Below, piece by piece: positions 12,450-24,789 of a DNA stretch of 64,000 nt. Position 1 is the stretch's first letter, and every line of letters starts with the position of its first letter. Position numbers and translations under genes: made by a program. The stretch comes from Chiloscyllium plagiosum (lineage: Eukaryota), in NCBI RefSeq assembly GCF_004010195.1, contig NC_057720.1:21425882-21489881 (forward strand). Direction: 5' to 3'. Under the pieces are notes generated by a model. That model was given only the letters and a program-made list of their open reading frames with translations. It was not told where the DNA came from and did no database searches.

Positions 12450-13030
12450 TCTTGCCCTCTTGAAATGAATGCTAACATTGCATTTGCCTTCCTAACTGCC
12501 AACTAAACCTGTGTGTAACCTCAAGAGAATCCTGAACTAAGACTTCTTAGTCCCTTTCCGCTTCAGATTTACGAAGCCTCTCTCCATTTAAAAGATAGTC
12601 TCCACCTTTATTCCTCCTACCAAAATGCTTAACCACACTCTTTCCCACATTCTATTCCTTCTGCAGCCCATCCATTCCTTCTGCAGCCTCCCCACTTTCT
12701 CAACAGTACCCTCAGTTACTTAAAGTGAAAATGGTGGTCTCAACACTGAGCCCTGAGGAACTCCACTCGTCACTGGCAGCCATTCTGAGAAAGGCCCCTT
12801 TATCCCACTCTGCCTTCTCCCAGTGAGACCAGTATTTTGCTCCTAACACCATAAGCTGTTGTCTTATTTAGCAGCCTTAAGTATTGTGCCTTGTCAAAGA
12901 CCTTCTGGAAATCTAAATAGATCATGTCCAGTGACAGTCCTTTGTTTAAATTGCTCATTACCTCCTCAAAGAAATCAAAGACATTTATTGCTGTGCTGAC
13001 TCAACCCTATTGTATCATGCAGTTCCAAAT
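12450..13030 (-). mobile_element. CR1 LINE RT fragment, decayed
   Basis: gccttgtcaaagaccttctggaaatctaaatag reads YLDFQKVFDKA on the minus strand. Confidence 0.75.
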
Positions 13031-13536
13031 ATTCTAGTCATTCTTAATTATGCACACCTACTTCCTTCTTGCATTTTTACAACTTGTAGGACCTGCCCAC
13101 ATCAATCATATCGTAGCGTGAATGATGTAATATTCTGGTCATTCATCTTGTATCACGTTTAATTGACCATTCATTATTTCTACAATGGTAGGGAGGGGGA
13201 TGTGCTGGCGAACTGGCAAAATTGATGCCCACACATCTATCATATTGTGGGCAACAGTCCAGGGTCAGCAGGAAGGAGGTGGACTGTATACTCTGTACAT
13301 GCGCCTCAACAAAATCATGCCAGTCAGGAGAAGGTGAGATAAAATCCAGCCCCTAGTTATCTTTATGATTGTCTCAGCAAATTACTTGCAGAGTTTGCAT
13401 AACAGAAAGAAACTAGAATTATTATCAATTATTTCTGTTCAAGAGTTCAATCTACAGCAACAGTCCATTGATCTACATGTCTCATGGACAGAACCTATGC
13501 TGAATAGTTTGTTCAGTGTGGGCTGTTTAGTCAATT

Positions 13537-14046
13537 GGGAGAAAGTGAGGACTGCAGATGCTGGAGATCAGAGTTGAGAATGTGGTGCTGGAAAAGAATA
13601 GTAGGTCAGGCAGCATCTGAGGAGCAGGAGAATCGACGTTTCAGGCAAAAGCCCTTCATCAGGAATGAGGTTTGTGGGCTGGGGGTCTGAGAGACAAGTG
13701 GGAGGCGGGGTGGGGCTGGAGAAAGGTAGCTGAGAGTGCAATAGGTGAATGGAGGTGGGGGTAATGGTGACAGGTCGGAGAGGTGTAGTGGATAGGTGGG
13801 AAGGAAGATGGACAGGTGGGACAGGTCATGAGGGCAGTGCCGAATTGGAATGTTGGAACTGGAATAAGGTAGGGGGAGGGGAAATGAGGAAACTGGTGAA
13901 GTCCACATTGATGTCATGGGGTTGCCAGGTCCCAAGGCAGAAAATGCGATGTTTTTCCTCCAGGCATCGGGTGGTTAGGGTGCGGTGATGGAGGAAGCCC
14001 AGAACCTGCATGTCCTTGGCAGGATGGTAGGGGGAGTTGAAGTGTT
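13537..14046 (-). mobile_element. Penelope-like element 3' part (GIY-YIG C-terminus plus terminal repeat, family A)
   Basis: MQVLGFLHHRTLTTRCLEEKHRIFCLGTWQPHDINVDF is the endonuclease C-terminus; homologous to 60290-60535; hammerhead core at 13635-13662. Confidence 0.9.
13635..13662 (-). ncRNA. Minimal hammerhead ribozyme motif, near intact
   Basis: Minus strand CUGAUGA-A-GGGC-UUUU-GCCU-GAAA-CG-UC; G-U at the base of stem II. Confidence 0.65.
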
Positions 14047-14644
14047 ATTGGTTTATGTCAGTTCCTAAAACTCATCTTTGATCGCTTCTTAAGGGTTAAG
14101 AGATTCTTCTGAGATTTTTATTTTATCTTCAACCACTTTTGTTTTAGGAAATTTCCTGTGCTAGGTCCGGACATGGCATAGACTGGTGAGTAGCATTGGC
14201 ATGTGGCTCTGTGTAACATATCTCTCATGGACATATATGATATAGCAGCAGCAACATTTTGTATGCTTGCATTGAATGCAAAATCCTTTCAAATATTGCT
14301 GTCAGTGCCATTACTGAAAAACAGAATTGATTTGCAGTAAGACTCAGCTTAAGAATATTCAATCTTAATTGCCTTGGTGACTTCTGAATTTTCCTGTAGA
14401 AATCTTGTCCAATTACACATTAAGGTGCCTTATTTCAAAATACTCATGCTCGAACATGGCTAGATTTCATAAATAAAAATGCCACTGTGATTTTTTTGCT
14501 GCTATGTGCAATTGATCACATTTTTCTAAAAAATATGGTGGTAACAATACTTCCTATATTAACTCAATGGGCCAATTGTAAATTTGGGTGGGGGCAAGTT
14601 CAGAACACAGAAGGACTGGAGAGAGAGTTAGTTACTTTAATTTA

Positions 14645-15095
14645 TAGAATAGTTGTGGTATAGGGCTCTCTTCGGCCCGGTGTTTCTATGTCAGCTCTTT
14701 GTTAGTGCAATGCAGCAAGTTCAACTCCACCACCCACGCACCCCCCGCCTCTCATCCCCTCCCCCACTACCCCCTGCCCACCCTCCACCATACTGATCCC
14801 ATGACCTTTTCTTTGGGAACTTACCCTTTTAATCTTTTCATGATTGAATCTGCCTCCTCCAACCTTTCAGGCAGAGCATTCCAGATTGTAACCATCACTG
14901 CATATAAATGTTTTTCTTCAAGTTGCATTTTGTTATTTTGCTTTCAATCTATGTCCTGTTTCTCAATCCTTCTATTAATGGGAAATTTCTCCCTATCTAT
15001 TCTGTCTAGACCTCTCAAGAATTTGAAGATTTCTGTCAAATCTCCCTTCAACCTCTTCTCTTTTTCTCTAAGAACTATTTTCTCCACTTGCCAAA
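14645..15095 (-). mobile_element. CR1 LINE 3' fragment, decayed
   Basis: ctttcaggcagagcattccagat and aaatctcccttcaacctc are typical CR1 ORF2 C-terminal sequence on the minus strand. Confidence 0.65.
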
Positions 15096-15674
15096 GTTAG
15101 TTATTTTCAACATTTCCTACATAATTCTGTGTTGTATTATTTTATATTCTATATCTAAAGTGATTGAAGTGTAGAATTAAAACAAAACAGTTTCCAATCT
15201 GTCTCCTGGGCAGCAAATGGCATCTTTGGTCAGCTCCTTGCAACAAAGTCTGAAGAAGCTCAGTAAGATTGTGCATGTCAGTGAGAATTGATTATATGGC
15301 TAACATCACTTGGGACAGTAGTCATTAAGGTGGCACCTTGTAGATCTATTTAAGAAGATGCACAAAAAGTAGAAAGGAATGTCACCTAAGTGGCATTACT
15401 GCATCACTTATTCTCTACTGTGATTTGTTGTTTACCTTGCGCCCCTTCAATAATAGAGAAAGCTGGATTGTAATCTCTTACCTGGATTCAGATATTCCAT
15501 CGGTTATGCTGTTGACTATTGAATGTGAATGTGGCAACTCTGTCCCAGACTAATGAATGTGGCAATGAACTTAATAAATCACCTCAAAACTGGCAACATC
15601 TATTTTTAACTAGCTAGACACTATACCAAGAGAATAAAGTCTCCGTCAGAAACATCTGAGAAAGGGTACATTAA

Positions 15675-16555
15675 ATATAGAAAAGGTACAGCACAGAAAG
15701 ATGCCATTCAGCCCATCATCTCAATGCTGACTGAATGAATGCTGCCATTCCTACTTACAACCATCTGGTTCACAGCACTTCAGGTGCAGATCCAGGTTCC
15801 TTTGAAATGAGTTGTGGGTTTTTGCCTCAACCATCAAGCGAAGTAGCAGATTCCTGACACCCATGATATTCTGAGTGAACAAGATATTCCTCACATCCTC
15901 TCTAATATTCAACATAAATTGATGGTCCCTGCTAATTAACCTCTCTGCTTGGAGAAGGAGGTCATCCTTGTCCATGATAGACGAGCTCCACATTACTTCG
16001 CATGTCTCAGTTGTTACCCCTCAGCCTTATCCTTTCTAAGGAAAACAAGCACAGCTTATCCAATCTTTACTCATGCCCACAATTTTAAAGCTCTGGCCAC
16101 ATTCACATAAATCTCCTTTGTGTTTTCACTAGAGTGGAACGATATGCCCAACTCCAGCTATAGTCTCACCAGTGACTTAGACAGTACCAACATTACATTC
16201 CTGCTCTTGTAATCAATGCCTTGCCCAATGAAGAAAGGATCCCAAATGCCATCTTTACCACCTTTTCTACCTACCATGCCACCTTCAGGGATCTGTGAGC
16301 ATGGACTCAAAGTTCTCTCATTTCCTCTACCCCTCTCAATACCCTCTCATGTACCGTGTAACGCCTTGCTTTGTTTTGCCCTCACCAAATCGATAGCCTT
16401 AGACTTCTCTGGACTGAATTCTATTTACCACCTTTGCACCCACTCAACCAAATCATCAATAGCTTCCTGCAGTCAATAGCAATCCTCTTCACTATTAAAG
16501 GCTCAGCCAATTTTTGTGTCGCCTGCAAATTTCCAAATCATGCCTCTCCCACGTT
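15675..16555 (-). mobile_element. CR1 LINE 3' fragment
   Basis: IREDVRNILFTQNIMGVRNLL; tgtcgcctgcaaattt reads KFAGDT (KFADDT-like). Confidence 0.75.
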
Positions 16556-17129
16556 AACATGGATGTTTGAAGAGTTAATCTGGCACAAACATATCAAGCT
16601 GCCACTTCACTATGTTCAGAATTTTTAGAAGTTGAGAAATTTCTGGGCATTTCATCGTTACAGTATTTTTTCTTCTCTGCGAAGCCAATTCTCCAAATAA
16701 ATCAATAGAATGAACCCATAATAGCAACACTTTTCAAGTCTTCTTGTTGGAGGCCAAGTGCCAAGTGGTGAGCAAGTAGCTGGATTTTTTAGTAAAGAGA
16801 GACGTCTGTGTATAGGTTCTAAATATTTCATTTTGCAGATAAATTAAATACAGTGAAAATTGACTCATTTATAGCTAGGAGGAAGAACAATGAAATAAAA
16901 AGGAAATTTGGGACTTTAAAAAGTATTGCACTCTGAGTATTTGAAAGCAAGACTTGTGCAAAATTCAATAAAGTTACATTAGGAAATGAATGTTTGTTTT
17001 GTATTAATATTTTAAAACTTGGATCTCCTTATCTAACATGGAGTGAGAATGCATTGATCCTGAGCTCTTGGTGCTTATTTTGATGCAATGGATTTGGGGA
17101 ATTTTACTAACCTTACATTGTAGCATAGA

Positions 17130-17390
17130 GTGGGTGATGAGAGGGCATTTCCCTTGTGGGCGAGACTATGACTAAGAGTCATTCTTTGAAAATTAAAAGT
17201 TCCTCAACCAGAGGATTTATTAACTGTAGAGTTCTCTTCCCCAGAGAAAAGTGGAAGCTTGGCCATTAGATCATAATCGAGGTTGAGTTGATCAGACCTT
17301 TGATCACCCAGGCTAATGGTAACACAGCAAAGTGGAGTTGAGGCCACAATTAGATCTGACACAGTCTTATCAAATGGCGCAGTGAATCCA
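17130..17390 (+). mobile_element. CR1 LINE 3' end, decayed
   Basis: tttcccttgtgggcgagactatgactaag...gtggagttgaggccacaattagatc. Confidence 0.6.
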
Positions 17391-17457
17391 TATCCAGCAG
17401 ATGAGGGGTTATTATCCAATTAGAGATGGTGGGTGGGCTTTTGAAGATGAAGGATCA

Positions 17458-17618
17458 ATCACTCCTTCCCTAACAGCATTGTGGGTTAGATCTGCACCAA
17501 ATGGACTGCAGTGCTTCAAGAAGGCAGCTTACCACCACATCCTCAAGAGAAATTAAGGATAGGCGGTAAATGTTTGCTCAGCTAACAGAGCCTATGTTTC
17601 ATGAATGGATGAAAGGAA
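17458..17618 (+). mobile_element. L2/Crack-like LINE 3' tail
   Basis: ccttccctaacagcattgtggg...ggactgcagtgcttcaagaaggcagc; parallels 52210-52360. Confidence 0.65.
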
Positions 17619-19037
17619 AAGATTTCCAGATTGAAATAGTAGAGGAATAGAATAGTGAGTGTGAGGGAGCGGATACTTGAAAATGGTAACACCCTTTCTC
17701 CAACTTGTTTAAATAAAAAATAGCTTTTGCAGCAAGGTTACCACAGATACACGGCCAAGTGATGGTGAGAGAAAATGGGAGCCCCTCTACATAGAGGCCT
17801 TGTGGCAGGTGGCTGATGGATAGGATATTTTTAGTACTGGCCTGTCTCTGTCAATAGCCCTGGAAGGAGGTGGGGAGAGCTCAGAATCCAATCTCTTATG
17901 ATGGAATCTTATGTGCAAATAGAAGCCAATTGGTCCATCATATCTCTACCAGCTCCTTTGAAAGAACTATTGACCTAATCTCACTCTCTCACTCTTAATT
18001 AAGTTTCTACAACTTTTCCCATTACGAAACCAAGCAGTCTCATAATTGAAATTGACAGAGGGTCCAAACTTCATGGTATAATGACTGAACCGAATCTCTG
18101 AAAAGCTAGTTTCAGTGACACTGAATGAAGTACTAGCCCTCCAGGAGTTCAACTTTGGGTTAACCGAGGCTGACCATTTGAGTGTGTGATGGGGAAATAG
18201 GAGTAGGGAGGGGGTCAGGAAACTCTGAAGTTGCAGAAGAAATTCCCTGACATCAACAAAGTCACCAAAGTAGATGCAATTAACTTAAATTTGTAACTTA
18301 CAACAAGTTATATAACTCATCTTTTTTAGTAAATGGTCATAGATGTGAGAGAAAGATTTTCTTCAAGTCACAGTTTACCATTGTCGCTTGCCTGTGTCAG
18401 AAAAAAAATTGGATAAATGCAGCTGATACATAAAAAGTGGCCTTCAGCACAATTGTAAGCATTAAGCTTGATAAGAAATAAAATATCGCTTAGCCAAACA
18501 ACATGCATGCAATTTAAATGTCCAGTATTAGAGATATTTCTAATCAACTTGATCTGAGATGCTCTTACACAAATCTGGAGCAGGTGGCATCTGAACCCTG
18601 GCTTTATGATCATTATCACTGTACCACAACAGCCATCTCGGCCAGCATTAAATTCACTTTATTTATTCCAGGCTAAGATATTGTTATAAGAGGAAATGGT
18701 TCTGAAGAAACTACTGTTCCTGTTACACTAAGCTTCATCCAAACTGCTGATGCCATACACTCTTTAGGTGAAGATATTTAAGTTCTGTGTGAACTACAGT
18801 TATATCTATAAATGTATAATGGTCAATTATGAGGAAAGACTCTTGGGCGGAGATGTTGTGTACATTTAAATTTTCATGTTGCATTAAGCTTCACACAGTT
18901 TGATGATTGTTACACAGTCTTTTGGTTGGAGACAGTTGAGATGTAGCCAAAGAAGCAGATATAGTCTGTGCAGCTCCCAAGAGTCCTCAACAATAACATC
19001 TTGGAAGTAATGTAAACTGTACCCTATTGTTATCATG

Positions 19038-19247
19038 TCACAACCACCTGATGAAGGAGCAGCACTCCAAAAGCTAGTGCTTCCAATTAAACCTGCTGGA
19101 CAGAACCTGGTGGTGTGTGATTTTTAACTTTGTACACTCCAGTCCAACACCAGCATCTCCAAATCAAATAAACCTGTTGGACTATAACCTGGTATGGTGT
19201 GACTTCTGACTTTATCCACCCTGGTCCAACACCAGCACCTCCACATT
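19038..19247 (+). mobile_element. PLE terminal-repeat fragment (family C), partial tandem
   Basis: Hammerhead-like ctgatga-a-ggag-cagca-ctcc-aaaa-gc-ta at 19048; two related ~80 bp units (19086-19165, 19166-19247); homologous to 27968-28075. Confidence 0.7.
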
Positions 19248-19501
19248 ATTCCACAACTGGCAATGCAGGTATCTGAGAATACAATGGATATACAACATCA
19301 TTTTAAATTCCAGTGCAGTTCATGGTTTTTATCTTTTATTCACTCAGTTTTCCTTAGTCTTTGCCTGATCTAGCATTTACTGTAGTGCATGTTATCCAAG
19401 TATTTGCTGGTGAAATTAGCCTTTGAACAACATAATTGAGCATTATTACCACGAAGTGGAAAGCCACAATCATTACTATATCACAGATCAGATTCTTAAC
19501 A

Positions 19502-19836
19502 CAGATACCCAATCCTTTATCCAAAATTCTGAAATCCAAAATGCTCCGAAATCCAAACTGTTTTTCGTAGAGTGTGGAGTGTCATTTTGGAGAGCGAACA
19601 GGTAACCCAACTCCACACCCACTCGAACCACATCACTCAAATGTGACATGGTGGCATGGCCCAGCATCGGCAGGCGTCAATTATGTCTCCATGCTCGTAC
19701 TATTCACATGTGCGTCTGCTGTTAGGTAACTTTTTTAAATTTCACTGCGAAATGTCATTTATTCTGAAATCCAAAAAATTCCGAATTCTGAAAACCAACT
19801 GGCCCCAAAGATTTTGGATAAAGGATTGTGTACCTA
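19502..19836. mobile_element. pogo/Tigger-like MITE
   Basis: Terminal inverted repeats cagatacccaatcctttatccaaaat / attttggataaaggattgtgtaccta, TA on the right flank, internal (ct/cc)gaaatcc repeats, no ORF. Confidence 0.8.
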
Positions 19837-22654
19837 TATTAAAGTAATTAACATGGCTTGGAATTCAACAAATGGCAGCCACTCAGACTTGTCCTTATTT
19901 GTCTAACTTCTATGATAACGTATGCTCTGCGTTGCCATCGTGGGAGACAGAGTCGACAAACTGCCCCTTACAGGGGATCTGATGAAGCAGGACAAGGACC
20001 TCTTTAAGTAAACCTGTTGACATTAATAAAAACAGAAATTGCTGGAGGAATCCAGCAGGTCTGGAAGTATTAAGGATGATTTGCTAAGCCACTCACAGTT
20101 GGCTTTCCTGAACAGGACAGGATTATGAAATAATCATTGTTAGGTCCCCTACTTGCACATGATATCTGTTTCAAGTATGGACCCTGCCTCCATCCTCTGA
20201 TGTTTTTACTATACTGGTGAGGGCCCATTTTCAGCTCCAAATGTACATGCACATACAATGCAGATGCACTGTGCCATCTGATATATTGGACAATGTGCAT
20301 CTGATTTCCGGCAGACAAAGCCATCAAACAGTTGGGCTTTGGATGTCTAGAATCTTGTTAATTCTTAACTGCTTTCTCAGTGTTAACAGTATATCACGAT
20401 CTAAGCAGGCATATTGGAATTGGTAATTGATTGTTCTCCTGTATCTTAAAGTTAACTTGTGATTTGCATAGAGCGTCTTGACTAGCTGATGAGTTTGTGA
20501 TGATGTGCAGCTTGCTCTGGAGACGAGGAGTAATGGGAGTGCCGACAGCTGAATGTCAAGAGCTCCAGACATCGTCTATCTGCCCGGATTTAATCAATGC
20601 AACAAAATTCAATTCTCTCATGTGACTCGTCTCAAAATTTTAGTCCAAGTCTGTCATTCAACTACTTTCATTCAGATTTTTGTTCATTTTAAAAGGAGAA
20701 TGAGTCTGCAGCTGAAATTCTGACTTTGTGACTTCTCACTGGCCTGTTCGAACTGAAAAAAATATTGCATTCTCCAATTACCGACCTGAATTTACAGTCT
20801 TGCCAAGAATAAACTGTCAGGCTTTAAGGGCTAGTTTCCCTGAAAGGGTTAAGCAAATGTCGCACCCAGATTCATTCAGGAATCATGGTTAGTTCTTTCT
20901 CTTCCAGCTGGTTTTTAAAAATTCCTTCAGTTGTCTGTAAGGTCCATCATGCTAAACAAACAGGGTCTGTCTGAAGAAAGACTGCATTCATTCATTCATT
21001 CATTTCCTATTTTCAGAATTACTTTCGCATTTTCTAACATAAGCACATAATCCTTTTCTTTCCATTATAGTCTTAATATCAAGTACAGCAAGAGATAATG
21101 GATAGCATCTGTAATAACACCACGGCCTCTGCTATCACCTCAGGGGAAATATCTTTGCTGTTTGAATATTGATGCATCAGAGATCCCTGATCTACCCTTG
21201 CTCTTTATCTGATCCCCATTCCCCTGAACTACATAATGATCTTCATATGCATGACAAAAGCATCAAAACAGAAAAAAAGCCCATTAATGGGCAAAGGAAC
21301 TCTTGAATCTGCAGCCTTTATTTATGTAGTCTGATTTATATCAACAGGAATTTCAAAGCCCCAGTAGAGCTTATTATTGATGAAGATGATTTTCTGAGAA
21401 AAAACAATAAATATGACAAATTGGCAGGGTGCTATATTAGTCTTAGTTATTCAACTACTGCATATAATTAATTGAAAATACAATGTATTGATTTAATATC
21501 CAGGTGTGTCAGTGTACGTCGTTTTTTTAAGTAAGATTGAGTTGTCTGGATGTAAAGAAGATAACATGTGATTAATATACTGTAATTTTAAGTTGGATGA
21601 TGTGCTTTCTGGACCATTCTCTTACAGTTTTAAGGCTGAACCTGTGTAAATGTTCGGCCTCCTTGACTGACAACATTTAGACAACAAATTGAATGCATAA
21701 AGAATGGGTCTTCATATTAAAACCATATTCAACAGATAATTATGCATTCTGCATTTTGCCTTGAAATATAGCTCTGGGTGATTCCTTGTACATGATGGAC
21801 TTCTAAGATTGCAAAATCCTTGTCCAATTTTCATACACAGCCACAGCCAGCAGCACTGCAGTAGAGGATTATGTATACACGAGAAGATTAACTATGTAAG
21901 CTCCTTAATTACATGGCTTTTTTTCCCAATATCCATGTTTGCCATCACCTCTCCTGAACCCCATTCTCACTGCTCGAGGTCTTTGTGAACCTAGTCTTTC
22001 TTCGGAGTCTAAATAGCAAATATTTCTCAATTTCATTTATTTTCCCTGTAAATCAGATGAAACCATTTGTGTTTCCCCTAGCAACCGACTGTGCCAGCAG
22101 CATACATGTGTTATTGTTCAATCATTTGCAGTTGCACATTGAATGCCTGCTAATGATTGCCTATTTTGTACTTGCAAATAATTCACATTAATATCTTTAA
22201 AAAAAGAAATTTCCATTATGCAATTTGTTAAACAGTTTTAATGGCTCTAGAAAATTATTTTGTGCCTGATTCAATATGTTACTTTACCATAGTTTGCTAG
22301 CTTTCAACAAAATATCAGAGAAGTGTTGCTACTGTGCCCTGATATTGCTACAAGTAAGACTTGTGCTATTTGGTTTATTTGATCTGTGGGTGTGGATTTG
22401 CCGTAAGCTGAATGCATTGTGCAAACTAACCTGAAGCCTGTATCTTCCACAGTCCTGCTGCAGCATAGTAAATGATTTACCACTGACTTTGAACTTGCAC
22501 TGTTTGATACTGAGATTAAGTCTACTGAAATTCACAAATAATAGTAGTCTATGTTTAAGAATCACATTTTACGATTCTCTCGAGCTCAGGGAACGGCTGA
22601 CTCCTTCAGAACAATTGTACAAGACAAAGTTTTCACATATTTTCTAATCCATCT

Positions 22655-22755
22655 GTTCAGAGATGGCATTACATACCTCAGGAGCAGGTGGGACTTGAAT
22701 CCAGACCTCCCAGCTCAGAGGCAGAGAAACTAACAGTGTGCCACAAGGACCCTCA
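22655..22755 (-). mobile_element. Short tRNA-derived SINE
   Basis: ggagcaggtgggacttgaatccagacc (B-box-like on the minus strand); related copies at ~18555-18640 and ~35715-35797. Confidence 0.55.
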
Positions 22756-22804
22756 CAGATGAAACTTTTGTATTATTTTTCATAACCTGCAACAGCAACT
22801 TGAA

Positions 22805-23010
22805 TTTATTTAACCCCTATACTGTAACAAAATGTCCCAAAGGCCTTCTCATGAGCATTGTAAAGCAAAGCTTGACACCAATGCAGCCATATTAGATCAG
22901 CATAGCCTGGGCAGAGGTAGGTTTTAATGAACCTCTGACAGGAGGAAAGTGAGTTCAGGAGGTTTAGAAAGAGAATTCCAGAGCTTGGGGCCCAAAGGTG
23001 AAAGGTGCCA
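22805..23010 (-). mobile_element. L2-type LINE 3' end, decayed
   Basis: aaaatgtcccaaaggc...aggtttagaaagagaattccagagcttggggccc resembles an L2 3' end (recall). Confidence 0.5.
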
Positions 23011-24789
23011 GACAATGGACAAAATTTGGTTGCAGGACAAAATGATACTGGTGAAGGAAAACACCCCCCCAAAAAAAGGACTACAATTTGCCCAAACCAA
23101 AAGAGTTTGTCACCAGTAACACCACAGCCCTTCACCACTTCTGTTTTCCATCACCGGCATCATTTTGTTCTGGAGCCAGTTTTGTTCATTCTCTGGGTCT
23201 TCATTTCAACTTGCCTCCTCCAATGATCTGCATTTAAATAGCTCTGGACATCGCTCACCTACCACAACCGGCACTCAGCTTGGAGAACAGTTTATTGATG
23301 TTCCATGATGACTCCACTCTACATACAACAATATCTCATCACAGGGCTGTTTGCTTTAATACAGGATTCCTTTCCTATTCTCTATTTCCTCCTTGCCATC
23401 AGGACTTTACTTATCCTAAAACCTAAGTCTATACAACATAAGTTTTGCCTGTGTCCATTCAAACATGCATTTCAGCTGCCATTCTGGTCCCAATACCAGA
23501 CCAAGCTTCTATTTCAACTTTGTGTTGCTCTTCTCATACCCTTTCACCAGTCATCGTGCCTTCTTCATTTCTCCTCTCTGAGGCACTCTGCCCTTCTAAA
23601 TCCTAACCTCAAACCATTAGCATTCCTCAACGTTCATTGTAAAAGATTGATGATTTTGAAAAGCTATGCAACCCAGAATCTTGTGCAGCATCCCTTTTCA
23701 ACAAGCAATTACACTTAGTGTACAAATGCATCCACAATTCAAAATCCACACCATGCACTGAAGTGGCATTATGGACAGTAAGAGAGCACTTTCAGCATTA
23801 ACAATCTTTCATTTCAAAAACACCCAAGACTGTTGCATTCAAAAAGCACTGTAGTAAATACTTTTGCATCTTCAACAATAGCTTTTTGATTTATTTGAAA
23901 CTGAAGTCTTATGTTTTTAAAGTTATGTGTGAAGTGAACATTGACCTGCACATTTAATGATACACTGTTCAGCGTTTTATGTTTATGGAAAACGCAGGTA
24001 AATTACAATGACGTGCAAAATCTCTGTTGCTTGATTTCTCATTTTCTAATTTTTTATAGTTGATGCCTAATTTAGATATTTGTTTTAATGCATTTACTGT
24101 AATTATTCAACATTAATGGGAAATTATTGGTGATTTTTTTTTCTTTTAACCAACATTGTACTTGCCTGATGTTAGTGCAGCCTCAAAAAGGACAAACACT
24201 AATACAAGATTCATGACATTGTATCCCTGTCCAGCAGTTAAACACTTTACTCAGATTTGTATTTATATCCTTTTATTGACATCTTTCAGAGAAAAAGAGA
24301 AAAAGATAGAGTGCCGACATAAACAGTAGACTGAAGTCCAATCACTAGCTTTAAAATGGTAAATGAAGATAAACTTAATCCATTTTCTTCCATCAAAATA
24401 AATGGTGCGCTCACAGCTCCTTTGCCCTGGCAAGTTATAATTCACTTGAATGAAAACTAAAAACAATAATCTATTCCTATGAGTATTCAATGAACCATCT
24501 ACACTGTGCCTTGTGTTCTTCAATGTTATGAAATATTGGCCCATTGAATCAACAGTGACTGGTAAGGAATACATTCACTTGCACTTCTAACTTTCAAACC
24601 ATAGGAACCCTTCACACAATATAGAAATTTTGTTTCGTACCAGATTTAATGCAATGTTTAGCAAATTAGTTGTTTGTATAAAGCCTGTTTAATTATATCA
24701 CGATTTCAACATAATAAGTTTCGACACCAGATAAATAACATTAATTTGGAAGTCAATCCTTTTTTCTATCACACTTTCCTATTTGTCAC

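Noticed and set aside
19086..19247. CRISPR-like or satellite array
   Set aside because: Only two diverged units, no spacers, eukaryotic retroelement context.
22430..22523. Possible 94-nt minus-strand exon (ttcag...cag/gttagt)
   Set aside because: Open in two frames but neither peptide is recognisable and the pyrimidine tract is weak; insufficient support.
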